Of a DNA stretch of 64,000 bases, positions 39,872 through 51,987 are shown piece after piece. Source of the stretch: Azolla caroliniana (taxonomy: Eukaryota; Plantae; Polypodiophyta); assembly GCA_043228905.1 (NCBI GenBank), contig JBHGNT010000009.1, forward strand, positions 16,120,001 to 16,184,000, read 5' to 3'. The notes under the pieces are model-generated. The model was given only the letters and a program-made list of their open reading frames with translations, had not been told where the DNA came from and searched no databases. Positions within the stretch are counted from its first letter, which is position 1, and each line of letters opens with the position of its first letter. A program made the translations under genes and the position numbers.

Positions 39872-39956
39872 GTTTGAACCGAATATTTCTTTTCCCTTTC
39901 TCCAATAACCCTAGCAAGCTTTCTTCTTTATCCTTCTTTCTTTTTCCCCCGCGGTT

Positions 39957-41084
39957 ATGGAGTCGGTCAGCAAGCAAGAGTATATGCGTGTCCTTTCGGA
40001 GCTCGATATGCTCACCACTAAGTTTGTGGCATTAGAGCAAGAAAATCAAAGGCTACTCGGGGATCTTCAACAAGTCAGTACTGAGAAAGCTCATCAATAT
40101 GAGGAGTTATCACAACGGGTTCATCAACTTGAGGCTACTATATTAACATTACGAGAACAAGCGGCGGGGGTTCAAAACTCCCCAAGGGAACCAAAGATTA
40201 GCCTCCCTGCCAAGTTTGATGGTACCAGATCTCTCTTTCGAGGTTTCCTGAATCAAGTTCGTTTGGTGATTCAGTTACATCCCAATCGGTATCCAACTGA
40301 TGCTGCCCGTGTGGGATTAATAGGAACCTTGCTAAGCGGTATAGCGTTAGCATGGTTTGCACCACTTCTTGAGAAGAAATCACCATTACTGGAGGATTTC
40401 GAGGCATTCGTTAAGGAGTTTCAAGCTAGTTTTGGAGATACGGATAGCACTAGGACTGCAATAAACAAGATTCGAAGACTCCGACAAGGAGATCGTCCCG
40501 CTTCAGCTTATGCCGCAGATTTCCGTCTCTTGGCATGCGACATCCCTTGGGATGAGGCAGCCTTAATGGATCAATTCCGTCAGGGTTTGCGTAACGATGT
40601 CAAAGATCTTCTTCTTACTTTCCATGAAGATCCAAAGTCTCTTACTGAAGCTATTAGCCGAGCTGTGCGATGTGATAATCGCCTATTTGAGCGACGTTCT
40701 GAACGTCAACAAATGTTACGCCGCCAACCGGAACAGACATACGCTTCTATAGTCGCCACACCGCCACAAGGTTCTAGACCCGTTACGAGGGATGGTCCCA
40801 CTCCGATGGAAATAGAGTCGACACAACGTCGAGGGCCCTTATCAGATGCTGAGAAACAACGACGTCGGGCGCATCGCCTATGCCTCTACTGTGGTGGTCC
40901 AGGACATATAGCTGTGAATTGTCCACATAAACCCAGGCGTCAAGTTTACCAAGTAAGTGCACATGACAACCCTACATCAAGTTCTACTATCACTTCTAAT
41001 AACTTAAGTACTAAGCCTAATAGCCCATGCCATGAGAATAGATTTGATGTCTTGAGCCAATTAGAGGATGTGTTAAACGAATAA
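39957..41084 (+). CDS. gag: Gag (coiled coil, capsid, CCHC knuckle)
   Basis: Intact 375-aa ORF: [47 protein letters not shown]. Confidence 0.93.
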   Translation: MESVSKQEYMRVLSELDMLTTKFVALEQENQRLLGDLQQVSTEKAHQYEELSQRVHQLEATILTLREQAAGVQNSPREPKISLPAKFDGTRSLFRGFLNQVRLVIQLHPNRYPTDAARVGLIGTLLSGIALAWFAPLLEKKSPLLEDFEAFVKEFQASFGDTDSTRTAINKIRRLRQGDRPASAYAADFRLLACDIPWDEAALMDQFRQGLRNDVKDLLLTFHEDPKSLTEAISRAVRCDNRLFERRSERQQMLRRQPEQTYASIVATPPQGSRPVTRDGPTPMEIESTQRRGPLSDAEKQRRRAHRLCLYCGGPGHIAVNCPHKPRRQVYQVSAHDNPTSSSTITSNNLSTKPNSPCHENRFDVLSQLEDVLNE

Positions 41085-44000
41085 GTCCGGCCAAAATAGG
41101 AGCCATTTGGTTGGACCATCCTAGTTATGTAGAGTCAGTACCTAGTTGTGGTTCCATTTCATCAAATCAAGTTAGTAGAGTTTTTTCTGCACAAGTTGAG
41201 CTTAGCACATCTACAGGTCATTGCGCCCTAGCCTCTGCCCTCCTAGATTCCGGAGCCAATTCTTGTTTCATGGATCGCGAGTTTGCATTGACTCAAAACA
41301 TCATCTTGAAAAAACTCCCAAACCCAGTAGCTGTAGGAGTCATCGATGGTCGCCCTATAGCATCAGGAGATATAGTCGAAGAGTCTGAACCAATTCGTGT
41401 AGTCCTAGGTAATTTGGCTAGTGTCATCTCATTTAACATCATTGGTAGTCCGGAGCACTCTCTAGTTCTTGGTCTTCCTTGGTTTGAGTTACATAACCCA
41501 ACCATTGATTGGAGAAAAAGAACTATTGAAGAGGTCACCGTACAATCCAAGTCTCTTGAAGCTCCAACTAAGGATCTAGGATCCCCCACAATTTCAACAA
41601 TCTCTATACATCAATTACGAGAGGATGGAAGAAAGGAAGACATGATGGTATTTGCGGTTTTAGCAACTCCCTCATCTAGCTCACAAGAATTGGGGGTCCA
41701 ACTACCAAAGAAGTACATAGAATTCTCCGATGTGTTCGATAAGGTGAAGGCTAATAGACTACCAGAGCATCGACCATATGATTGCCCAATTGATTTGCAG
41801 CCAGGAAAAGAGCCTCCATGGGGACCAATTTATAATCTTTCGCCCACGGAGTTAGAGGTTCTTCGAGAATATATCAATGAGAACTTGGCAAATGGTTTTA
41901 TCCAACATTCAAAATCTCCTGCTGGTGCACCCATCTTTTTCGTTAAGAAGAAAGATGGTACGCTTCGTATGGTCGTGGATTATCGAGGCTTGAATAAAGT
42001 GACCGTTAGAAACCGATATGCTCTCCCATTGATCTCAAGCCTTCTAGAACGCCTCAGTGAAGCAAAGTATTTCACGAAGTTAGATCTTCGAGGTGCCTAC
42101 AACCTTGTTCGAATTCGTCCTGGGGATGAATGGAAGACGGCGTTCCGCACTCGCTATGGTCATTTTGAGTACACAGTGATGCCTTTTGGCCTCACGAATG
42201 CACCAACAGTCTTCCAACATATGGCGAATGATATTTTTCGAGACTTCCTCGATATCTTCATCATTGTTTACCTGGATGATATCGATCTACTCAAAAACTC
42301 AAGAAGAACATGATATACATGTTCGCCAAGTTTTGCAACGGCTACGAGAGTATGGTCTCTATGCAAAATTGGAGAAGTGTAGTTTCGACCAATGTCAAGT
42401 GGAGTTTTTGGGGTACATAGTCTCTTCAAATGGCATCTCTATGGATCCATCAAAGGTTCAAACAATTTTGGATTGGCAAACACCACAGTCCGTGCGAGAT
42501 GTGCAATGTTTTTTGGGGTTCGCAAACTTTTATCGCAAGTTCATCAAAGATTATTCAAAAATTGTGTTGCCCCTCACTCAACTGACGCACAAGAATCGAC
42601 CATTTGTATGGAGTATAGATGCGAACTCTGCATTTGAGGGTTTAAAGCAAGCATTTACATCCGCACCAATCTTAATCCATGTCGATCCAATGAGGCGCTT
42701 TATACTTGAAGCTGATGCATCGGATTTCGCACTCGGAAGTGTACTATCCCAAATTGGTGATGATGGTGAACTGCACCCGGTGGCTTTTCACTCACGAAAA
42801 TTTGAAGCCGCAGAAATCAACTATGAGATTCACGACAAAGAGCTTCTTGCCATTGTGGATTCTTTTCAACAATGGCGTCATTTTCTGGAGGGTTCTTCTC
42901 AGCAGATTATTGTCTACAATGATCATAAAAATCTAACATACTTTCAAAGTGCTCGAGTCTTGAATCGACGACAAGCTCGTTGGGCGCAGTTCTTAACTCG
43001 TTTCGATTTTGTAATTCTATATCGCCCTGGGATGCAACAAGGAAAAGCAGATGCTTTATCTAGACGTTCGTATATGGAACTTCAACCTGGAGAGGCCGCA
43101 TTTGAAAGCCAAAAGCAAATCCTCTTAGGTCCTGATCGTCTACGAATAATGGCAATGCATACCATCAACACACCGGGAGATTCAAGGCTTCTTGATTCCA
43201 TTCGTGAGCAGATTGCGACTGATGCGTTCGCCGAAGAGGTTTTGAGCCATATTATCCCAAATCGTGCATCTAGCTCCCAAACTCAAAATCCTCGTCTAGA
43301 CTACACCCAGTTTAGTTGGCATGATGGGTTACTTTTTCGACAAACTCTCTTGTATGTGCCTGACGGTCCTTCTCGACTCAAAGTCATGCAACAATGTCAT
43401 GACACACCAATGGCGGGACACTTCGGCATCCACAAGACTTTTGAGTTGATTTCTCGCCGATATTGGTGGCCACGGCTTCGCCATTTTGTTACGGATTATG
43501 TTCGTAGCTGTGATACATGTTGCCGATCAAAAAAGCCTCGACATCATCCATATGGCTTATTACAGCCAATGCCTATTCCGGAGAGCCCATGGAAATCTAT
43601 TTCCTTGGACTTTATTACGGATCTTCCACCTTCCAAGGGATTTGATTCGATTCTCACGGTTGTCGATCGTTTTACGAAGATGGCACATTTCCTTCCATGC
43701 ACAAAGACCATTACTAGTCAAGAGACAACTGATTTACTCATGCGGGAGGTGTTTCGCCATCATGGTCTTCCGGATGATATTATCAGTGATCGGGGTCCCC
43801 AATTCATCTCGAAATTTTGGCGGCACATGTTCAAACTCTTACATACTTCTTGTAAACTCTCTTCCGGCTACCATCCAGAGACTAATGGGCAGAGTGAGCG
43901 CACCAACCAAATAGTCGAGCAATATCTACGTTGTTTTGTCAACTATCAACAAGATGATTGGGTGGATTTACTACCTTTGGCAGAATTTGCTTATAACAAC

Positions 44001-44744
44001 TCCGAGCATTCTTCTACTGGATATTCCCCATTTTTTGCAAACATTGGGTACCATCCTCGTTGGACGATGCTTGAACATCCTGAACTCCCAAAAAACCCAG
44101 CTGCTGAAGATCGGCTCACTCGACTCCAAGAAGTTCAGGATATGCTTTTGCATCATTTATGTGAAGCCCAAAACACTCAAAAGAAGATTGCTGACCGTCA
44201 TCGGCGTGATTCATCGACTACATTTCAAGTAGGCGATCGTGTATGGCTCTTACAAGGTAGCATTAAAACGACCCGACCTTGCTACAAATTGGATTATCAA
44301 CGTTTTGGCCCATATGTCATAAGTGGTAAGATCAATGATGTGACATTTCGTCTTGATCTTCCTCCTCATATGCGTCTTCACCCGGTCTTCCATGTTTCAC
44401 TTTTGGAGCCCTACACAACGAGCTCTATTCCGGGTCGTGTTACACCTCCCCCACCTCCAATTGACGTTTCCAATGGCTCTGAATATGAGGTTGCCGCTAT
44501 CCTCGACTCCAAGATCATTCGCAACAAACTATACTACTTGGTTGATTGGTTAGGCTATACACCTAATGATCGAACATGGGAGCCTGCCGAACATCTTGCC
44601 AATGCCTCCGACATGGTTGTTGCATTTCACAACCAATATCCTCATAAACCAAGTCTGAACTCTTTTCTTCCGACTCGTGCAACTCGTCATGTCATGAAGA
44701 CATACATCTTGGCTTATCATGACATTCATCTTGGCTTATCATGA
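41072..44744 (+). pseudogene. pol: Pol (PR-RT-RH-INT-chromodomain), -1 frame to gag, one frameshift just after YLDD
   Basis: [14 protein letters not shown] then a ~2-bp deletion at ~42284, EADASDF, HHCC/DDE integrase, GPY, chromodomain EYEVAAILDS..YLVDWLGY..TWEP (~44481-44635). Confidence 0.92.
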
Positions 44745-44791
44745 CATTCATCTTGGCGAACCAGGAATCGAACCCATAAAAGGGGGGATAA

Positions 44792-45342
44792 TGTCATGAA
44801 GACATACATCTTGGCTTATCATGACATTCATCTTGGCGAACCAGGAATCGAACCCATAACCTCTTGGTTTACATATTGTACTTAAACCATTGTAATAACA
44901 TATGTGAGATGTAATCATAATAATTATATGTTTAGTTATTACGAGATATTTAGAACATTCTAGATTATTCTAGAATGTTCTTGAATATTTCATGATTATA
45001 TTTATTATTATTATTATTCATAAATATCTAAAATATTCTAGAACATTCTAGAATACTCCATAAGGGCCTATAAATAAGAGTCCATACACTCATCACAACT
45101 CATTCGGTTCAACACCAGTCTTTAGCCCTTAGCCTACTCCTTGTAATCTTCTTTCTCATAATATAATCTCATTCCCATTTCTTATCTCTCACTTATACTT
45201 TTCTCTCTCTCGCACTCTCTCCCTCTTTCACTCTCTCTTTTGCTATCACTATCGCTATCTCTACCGCTCTCGCCATCTCTATCGTTATCGTTATCTCTAT
45301 CGCCATCGCTCTCTCTCTGCTTCCTACTCAAGAGTCACGACA
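44792..45342 (+). repeat. 3' LTR of Tcn1-like element
   Basis: Direct repeat of 39321-39871. Confidence 0.96.
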
Positions 45343-46379
45343 GTTAGAATGTTCTTGAATATTTCATGATTATATTTATTATGATTACATCTCACATATG
45401 TTATTACAATGGTTAAAGTACAATATGTAAACCAAGAGGTTATGGGTTCGATTCCTGGTTCGCCAAGATGAATGTCATGATAAGCCAAGATGTATGTCTT
45501 CATGACAACTGATCGTTAAAGAGTCGATTGCGAGAAAGTCAACAGAAAGGAGATCCAGGTTGAAGATGCGACCGACTAGTCGGGCCGACCAGATGGTCGA
45601 TGACCAGGTGAACTAGTCGGACCGACTGGACAATCAACACTAGGGTCGACTGATGGCCAATCATTATTATAGATAATAATAGTAGTATTGCGGAGTAGTG
45701 GCGACATTTGTAAATAGCCCATACAAGGTATAAGTATAAATACACCTAGGGCAAGTAGTGTCAAAACAGTGTGTGATCCTAGGACTGTTGTAGAGAATGA
45801 CAAAGAAGAGTGAGAACGTGAAGAGAGACTATGAGAGCGGCGCCATAGCCGTGTTATGTAAGAGCCCTGCGTGGCTGATACACTCATATTAGAGAGTGTT
45901 GTACTCTAATCCCGTCCTTGTATATCCACTATATATAGTGAAGCTCCGTTCTCCGTGGTTTTCTCCCGCTTTAGGGTTTCCACGTAAAATCTGTGCACAT
46001 TGTCTTCCGTGTTTCCGAACTGTGTATTTCAGCCCATTCCTTTATTGTGGATTGACGATTCGTTTCTCAACATATTCCTCTTTGCATAATCTATTTCATT
46101 TCATTTTATTTGATTTCTCTCTCTGTGTTGCGTACGCATCTCCATTTTGTCTCTGTCTATTGCCCGCGTTTACCTAAGTCCCGAGCCCATTATCCAATGA
46201 CCGGTCCAAAACAAAACACATCTTTGATCCTGCGCACTCATTGTTCGGCGTCCGGAAACCAATCCGGATTGGGTATGTGACCGTTAACCGATCCGGAAAA
46301 TATATCCGGAAGACCTTCCTACTCTTGCCAGCTCCTTGGTCCGAGATTCCCCTGGTCCCACCCTGTTTCGATACATCCA

Positions 46380-47625
46380 CGCAGAATACCATGATAGCGT
46401 TGCACACAGTAGTGACGAAAGTTCCCCACGAAGGGGGGAGACTACTCATGAGCAACATTGCTCTTAGTTCATCTTCAATCGTCGTCCCCTGGGCCACAAT
46501 TTGGGAACTTCACCTTTCGTACTCATTCAGGTGTGCCTAAACCGAGTCAGATTCTTTCATCTGAAGGTTGTAGAGGCGCTGAATCAGATATATCTTTGTG
46601 GCGGCGACCTTCTTTTCATATGTGTCTGAAAATTTTTCCATAGTTGGAAGGCAATCAAACACAGACTCCGACAGGTGCATCCCAATTGTGGCGCAGACTA
46701 TTTTGTCCAGCTGCCACTCAATTGGCTTGTATCCTTCTAGAGGGTTTTTGTTCTCAATTGGGTCGATTTGACCCTTGACTATTAGATAATCCTGCATCTG
46801 CGCCTTCCAGAAGTTGAACTTCCTTAGACTCATTTCTACTGAGTTGGATGTTGATGCCATCTAGCCGAGTTGGAACACGAGCTGAGTCAGATTCGAATAT
46901 CGGTGGATTCAATCCGAAGTGATTAAAGCTGATTTGCCTAGTCGAATTGGATCCAAATTTGCTGATTGGATTTCGAATGTCGATTTCAAGATGTCAAACA
47001 CAGATTATGTGGCGATTATCCAGGCCGATCCTACTTCGGGTGACTACAATGATGAGAGGGACGAAGTCGACTAGTCCTCCCGAATTTTGTTCAGTCGATT
47101 ACGACAAGCAAGAAGATTGTGTCTAACCTGGTAAAGTACAATCTTGAGGGCCGATTTGGTGGAGATTCCGCTTTGAGCGGCTACAATCACGGAAGCAAGA
47201 TACAATTGGTTAGCTTACCTCAAGAGTGATCTAGGTCGGTGGAGTCCAAATCTCGTGTTTTCTTTCTCTCCTCTAAATGAGATCTCAAACTCAGGTTCTT
47301 CAAAGGAGACGAAGCAAGAATGTTGTTGAAAACTGATGACGACTGGCAGCAAGTTGAAGAACCTCTGCTGTGATACCAAATGTTGGCGTATGAGACCATC
47401 AGTGTGGAAGCATAAAAAACACTTCCCTAGGAAGATCACCAAGTGCACAAGTCGAAGCAAGATCAGAAAACAGAATGAGATAAAGAGAGAGAGAGAGTGA
47501 GTGAGACAGGAAGGCTCACCTAAACTGTATTATACGAGCTCTCTCAACAATGGCAGCAACCTTAACAACTAGGTTACAAATGTTGGCATAAAAGGCCGAC
47601 TCCTTCCAAGTTGTATCCGTCCAAG
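46380..47625 (-). mobile_element. Copia (family B) 5' fragment: partial LTR, PBS, degraded gag
   Basis: PBS-like TGGTATCACAGC (47367-47378), FNFWKAQMQDYLIVKG, LLMSSLPPSWGTFVTTVCN. Confidence 0.75.
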
Positions 47626-50600
47626 TGTGAACTCTGTAAAAGAATATGTGTGCGGAAGCGTATGCGAAACACAGAGTACACAGTTCGGAGAATGACAGTT
47701 TGGTAAAAAACACAAAAAACGCAGAGATGGAGATGGAGATGGAGAGATAGAGAGACAGCAAACAACTCGGTTCAATTTCAAAATAATGACGCTCTGTACA
47801 TACTTGGTGCTCAGTGAGCACCTTTTATACAAGCCCTCACTATCGGGCTGACACAAGTACTGACAGTACTTGACTGCTCATAAATGAGCCTACTACACTT
47901 ACTCCCAAAACTATTCCTTACGAGGAATATCATTCTTACGACCTTTCAGTTTACGCACCGATACAACCACGTTATGCGTACTGTTTTACGCACCCAGTCT
48001 ACGCACTGGGTTACACACCCAATGTTGAGCTTGTCACTCAACACTCCCCCTCAAGCTCAACTTGAGGTTCCGTCCGCTCTTCTAGATCTACACTCCGGTT
48101 CCTTTTGGCTTCACGCCTCGCTCGCACTCCTCAACCCGTTTGATTCTGCACGCTTCGACCCTTCCGGTTGGCTTGTCTGCTCGTTCGGCCCTTCTCAGCT
48201 CCCTTGCTGTCACAGTGTTGACGTGTCCTTCACTACCCTTTTCTCCGCTTGGCCCTCAGTCGATTCGTAATAACTGAATCGAACATTTCGATTGAATTGA
48301 ATGTTTCCGATTCAATTCCGCTTTCATCTGAATTGGTTGTCTCCAATTCATCTTTAGTCTTTAGGCCTTTGACAACTTCCGACCACGTCTTCATCTTGGC
48401 CTTATCTCCCCCTCATTCGGTTGTCTTCGACTCTTTCCTATGATTACGGCCCTTGCTTCTTTCTTCGGCTTCTTCAGCCGGTTCGAAATCAAATTCTTCG
48501 TCCGATTCCTCATCACGGTCACTTCCGTCGTGATGAACACCTCCGCTCCTTTCACCCTCTTGTTCTTGTTCTTCCTTTCTCCCCCTCAAGTTCGGCGTGT
48601 CGAGGTGACGCAACCCTAGCTCACCCTAGAAATGTCGTAACTTGTCGAGACCAAGAGGCTTGGTGAAGATGTCGACAACCTGCCAATCCGTCGGAACATA
48701 CGCTAGTTCGACTTCACCTAAAAGGACCCACTCACAGACAAAATGGTAGTGCGCCTCTACATGAAATAGGGGGTTCTTCGCAAGGTGGATACTGCTGAGG
48801 TTGTCGCAATAGATCGTCGTCGGATCGGACACCTCTACATGCAGATCCCGTAATAGCAGTTTCAGCGAAATGACTTCGCACGTAGCGACAGTCGCTCCTC
48901 GATATTCAGCCTCTATGCTCGACAGTGCCACTGTCGGCTGCTTTTTGCTGCTCCACACGATCATTGCACTTCCCAGTGAGAATGTGTATCTAGATGTGGA
49001 TCTACGATCATGGGCATTTCCGGCCCAATCGGTATCTGTGTAGCCAACTAACTGTTCAGCTACGCTTGCTCGATATAGCCACGCCATGTCTTTCATGCCA
49101 CTGACATATCGCAATATCCTTTGCGCGCACTGAAAGTGTTCGGCCGTAGGCTGCAACATAAATTGAGTGATTAAGCCGACCAGGTAGCTAAGATCCGACC
49201 GAGTAATCGTCAAATGGATGAGGTTTCCAACAATTTGTTGAAACCATGTCAAGTCGCACGCCTTTCCCGAATCTCGGTGAAGCTTTACATTTCTGTCCGG
49301 AGGGGTCGAGATGGGCTTACCATTTGCAATCCCGAACTTGAAGAGCATATTTAGCGCGTAATGACGTTGGCTGATCAATATGCCTTTGGGGGTATGGATC
49401 GCTTCGATCCTGAGGAAGTAATGAAGGTCTCCAAGATCCTTCATTTCAAATGATGCCGCAAGTTGAGACTTTACATGAAGGATTTCGTTCAAGTCGGCAC
49501 CAGTGATAATTAAATCATCAACATATAACATAAGGCTTACCAGGCCGTGTTGACCTTGCCGAACAAATAATGAAGAGTCAGACTTCGATGTCGAAAACCC
49601 CATCTTACGCAACTGTTGCGTAATCTTTGCGTTCCAAGCTCACCGGGCTTGCTTGAGTCCATAAAGTGACTTCTTCAGCCGGCAAACTGCCGAAGTGTTC
49701 TGTTCGGATAGAAATTTGGGGGGCTATACCATATAAACCTGTTCCTCAAAATCGCCTTGCAGGAACACATTCTTTACATCCATTTGATGTAAATGCCACC
49801 CCTTCGCCGCTGCTACGGTTAGCAGGACACGCACAGTAGTCATCTTCGTGATCGGCGCAGAGGTCTCATCGTAATCCACGTCGTGCCTCTGCGCATAGCC
49901 TTTCATAACTAATCGGGCCTTATATCAGTTGACAGAGCCGTTAGTGTTGTACTTGACCTTGTACACCCATCTGCATCCAGTCGGCTTTACACCCTTCAGT
50001 GCATCAACTAGGTCCCAAGTCTCATTCTACGTTAAAGCGCGCATCTCTTCCTCCATTGCGGCATGCCAATTTGCATATTTCGCCGTTTCTGCGTATCTCC
50101 CCGGCTCATGCACTTCTGCCACTCGCGTCATGTACACGTAATGGTGCACCATGTATTCATCTTTTTACGGGGTTCTTCTGGCGGGTAGATCGGTGTAATT
50201 TTTGATTACCCGATTTCACGACCTTTTCGGCCGATTTTGACCTCTTCCGTAGAGGTTCCTTTACGATCGGCTCGATGTCAAATTCGCTTTGAACTGACTC
50301 GGCGCTGCCAAAATCGTACTCCGACATTTTCTTCTTGCCCTTCTCCTTGCGCGTAAACCGTCTCCTCGGTTCTTTACGCGGGGACATCACGGTTGAGTCT
50401 TCACTACTCACCATCTCTTCATTTGGTTGGCCATTTCGGTCCAACCCCTCATTCAGCCCACTCAGCCGAAATGAGATCGGACTCTCCTCCAGAGCTCCGA
50501 TTTCTTCATCACGCGGAGGCATCTCGGCCTCGCTCACCTCTTCTTCAGAATTCAAAATGGAGTCGAGAGGTGTTGGAGGTGAGGGCAAGTACCACGAAGC

Positions 50601-51465
50601 GAACTCGTCGAACACGACGTCTCGACTTACGCACACTTCCTGTGTTCGCGGTGTCGGGGTAGTTGTGGTTCGTGCGGCGAAGTCGCGGGGACTAAGGTTA
50701 AGGGGAGTTGAAGAAACTTAACTTTTAATAAGGCTTGTATGGTGATATTAGAAAGGTTAAGAGTAGCAAGAAGAAGAGTTACGAGTAATGTGTGTGAGAG
50801 AGAGACAAGAATAGATAGAAGATAGAGACAAAATATGATTTAAGAAGGAAGATTGAGACCAAGTATGAATCAAGAAGCAAGAGTATTTGATATACACATG
50901 ATGTATATTAAAAAGACAATATTTTACCAACTTTACAATCCTTGATCGCAAACTGAACACATTCTCTACCGACCCTTGATTTGAACCCACAACCTCAACT
51001 TCGAAACGAGAGGTTCTCCACCTAATGAGGTAGTCTTCTTTAGTTAATTGTATTATTTTCTCACTCTCTCTTGATTGATTACCCTATTTTCCCCTTGATC
51101 CATCCCTTAATTCCTTGCCTCTCTTTATAGGTTCTCTCATGCATATGATGATATGGGGGTGCATGGCATGCATGTGATGCATGATCGCCATTTGGCGCAC
51201 ATGCTTTACATGTGATGCATGATAGCCATCATGCTCATCTAAGCTCTAATGTATGAAGATAGACATGTCATAAGTATGGTGATAAAAACATAACTATAGA
51301 AAATAGCTTATCCTAATGGTATATGCTTCGTCCTTGGTGTGTGAGGTTACGGGTTCAAGTCTCTCAAATGTTACTTAATACAATATTCAAGTTTATTTTT
51401 ATATCGTGAAGCAAATCCTTCACGACACCCACCCCCTCTGAACTTGCACACTGGTTGTGCAAAGC

Positions 51466-51954
51466 TCATCCAAAGTCTTGGAAAAACTCTTCATTCCGTT
51501 TTTGAGCTGGATGTTTCCTCAACCATTCTTTGTTTCTTTCACGGTTAGACGTCATGGTTAAGAACTGGCCCCTCTTCCTTCCATCCTGACTCTTGATCCT
51601 CACGAAAGTCGAATCATCATTAATCACAGTTGTTTCCATCCTTACTACGTTGATGTATGGTTCACCATCCTTTGTTTCCATACTCACTACACTGATGGAT
51701 GGTTGACCAAGGATGACAGGGTAGGTTGATCCATGTTGCACATAGTAATTTTCATCCACCGACACATCTCCCATTGTTGCTTTCACATTACGACATGCTC
51801 TGAATAGATCCTCCATCATCTCTGTTGCAACTATTTTCTTCGACCCATGATTATTATCTATTGGCCACCTTCCTTGAGCATAACATTCCGAAGAAATCAT
51901 GTTAATTTTTGATCCATGATCTATCAAAGAAATATAAGGAATTTGTTGCTCCAC
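51466..51954 (-). CDS. Retropepsin-like aspartic protease (in frame with upstream Gag after one stop)
   Basis: SLIDHGSKINMIS and PVILGQP motifs. Confidence 0.7.
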   Translation of the reverse strand: MEQQIPYISLIDHGSKINMISSECYAQGRWPIDNNHGSKKIVATEMMEDLFRACRNVKATMGDVSVDENYYVQHGSTYPVILGQPSISVVSMETKDGEPYINVVRMETTVINDDSTFVRIKSQDGRKRGQFLTMTSNRERNKEWLRKHPAQKRNEEFFQDFG

Positions 51955-51987
51955 AATTTTTGTAGGCGCCTCTGTTGTTGCTTGAGT

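Larger units (their letters stand above)
39321..45507 (+). mobile_element. Young Tcn1-like chromovirus with aberrant 3' terminus
   Basis: 551-bp LTRs 39321-39871 and 44792-45342 (no differences seen by eye), PPT AAAAGGGGGGATA at ~44778-44790, inverted U3 piece to 45507, TSD ACCGA/ACTGA. Confidence 0.95.
39215..46175 (+). repeat. Copia-type LTR interrupted by the Tcn1-like insertion
   Basis: Starts TGTTAGGAATATGTCCCTCC like solo LTR 27769. Resumes after 45512 with TATAAATA and GGGTTTCCACGTAAAATC. Right end uncertain. Confidence 0.6.

Noticed and set aside
47367-48056. Tandem copia elements sharing one LTR (PBS on one side, PPT on the other)
   Set aside because: The two gags belong to different families. 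Better explained as the family-A 3' LTR (47626-48043) inserted in a family-B 5' LTR.
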